A stretch of 64,000 nucleotides of DNA from Catajapyx aquilonaris. Its lineage: Eukaryota. Shown in pieces: positions 63,387 to 64,000 of this stretch. Where the stretch lies: assembly GCA_000934665.2 (NCBI GenBank), contig KZ537961.1, forward strand, positions 124,001 to 188,000, given 5' to 3'. The notes under the pieces were generated by a model. That model made no database searches. It was given only the letters and a program-made list of their open reading frames with translations, and was not told the origin of the DNA. Position 1 is the stretch's first letter. Each line of letters starts with the position of its first letter. The position numbers were made by a program, and so were the translations under genes.

Positions 63387-64000
63387 CTGCAGAATCAAAA
63401 AATTGACACTGCATACTGTCCAAACCTTCAATGATTCATGCTCATTTTGCCAGATACTGTATTACGGCAGGACAAAATTAAATCGTGACAAAAGGACTCA
63501 GGAGGAGGTACATGCACAACCTAATTTTGAGACGACATTACCAACTGTTTCAGGTAGGAGATTAATAACATTAACAACTTCATCAATTTGTATTAATGTT
63601 ATGGAACGGTGTCCATTGAGAAGCATAAAAACTACAAAGAATTTTCTTCGCTCTACCTGGTTATTTACAGCCTATCAGGTAGCAAGAGTAGCCTATCGAT
63701 GTGCTCTCTAAAGAACAGCACATGAGTATGCTACATTCAGTTATACTAAGCTAGGGGAGTACAACTACTTTAATATGGTTACACAAAGCATCACGTGGCC
63801 TCTGGTACAAAATCAAAACTATTATCTCACCTAGAAGCTGCCAATAATAAGCAAATAAACTTTGCAAAATTACTACCTTTTTCTCTTTCTCTTGGACACC
63901 TCACTGTATTGCTCAAATTCACCATGCGAAGCTTAAGTGTGTGCAGGGTGTCTCTTACTAGTGTGTCATCCGGAAGGCAGCATAATTGTTGGCCCAAAAG

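Overview
Eukaryotic, arthropod-like genomic DNA (short spliceosomal introns, many MITEs and minisatellites); no prokaryotic operons or CRISPR. I reconstructed four complete spliced genes by hand. (i) Three paralogous secreted CUB-domain genes at 1.4-9.1 kb share intron positions across the core but differ at the N-terminus: a Cys-rich module, nothing, or a ~190-aa MAM-like domain plus Thr/Ser/Pro linker. One of them needs a GC-AG intron. (ii) vestigial (vg), minus strand, 4 coding exons over 17.3 kb (28553->11204), 322 aa; the ORF track misses its first and last exons. The last exon of an SLC17-type MFS transporter lies at 63.2-63.4 kb. The ~35 kb between vg and the transporter has no recognisable host gene and contains MITEs, minisatellites and decayed transposon fragments. 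The most unusual non-coding signals are several unrelated near-perfect palindromes with 27-30 bp arms (two back to back) and a minisatellite arising from one arm of a MITE. I cannot support a wholly new biological system; the N-terminal domain swapping in the CUB cluster and the palindromes are the best leads.
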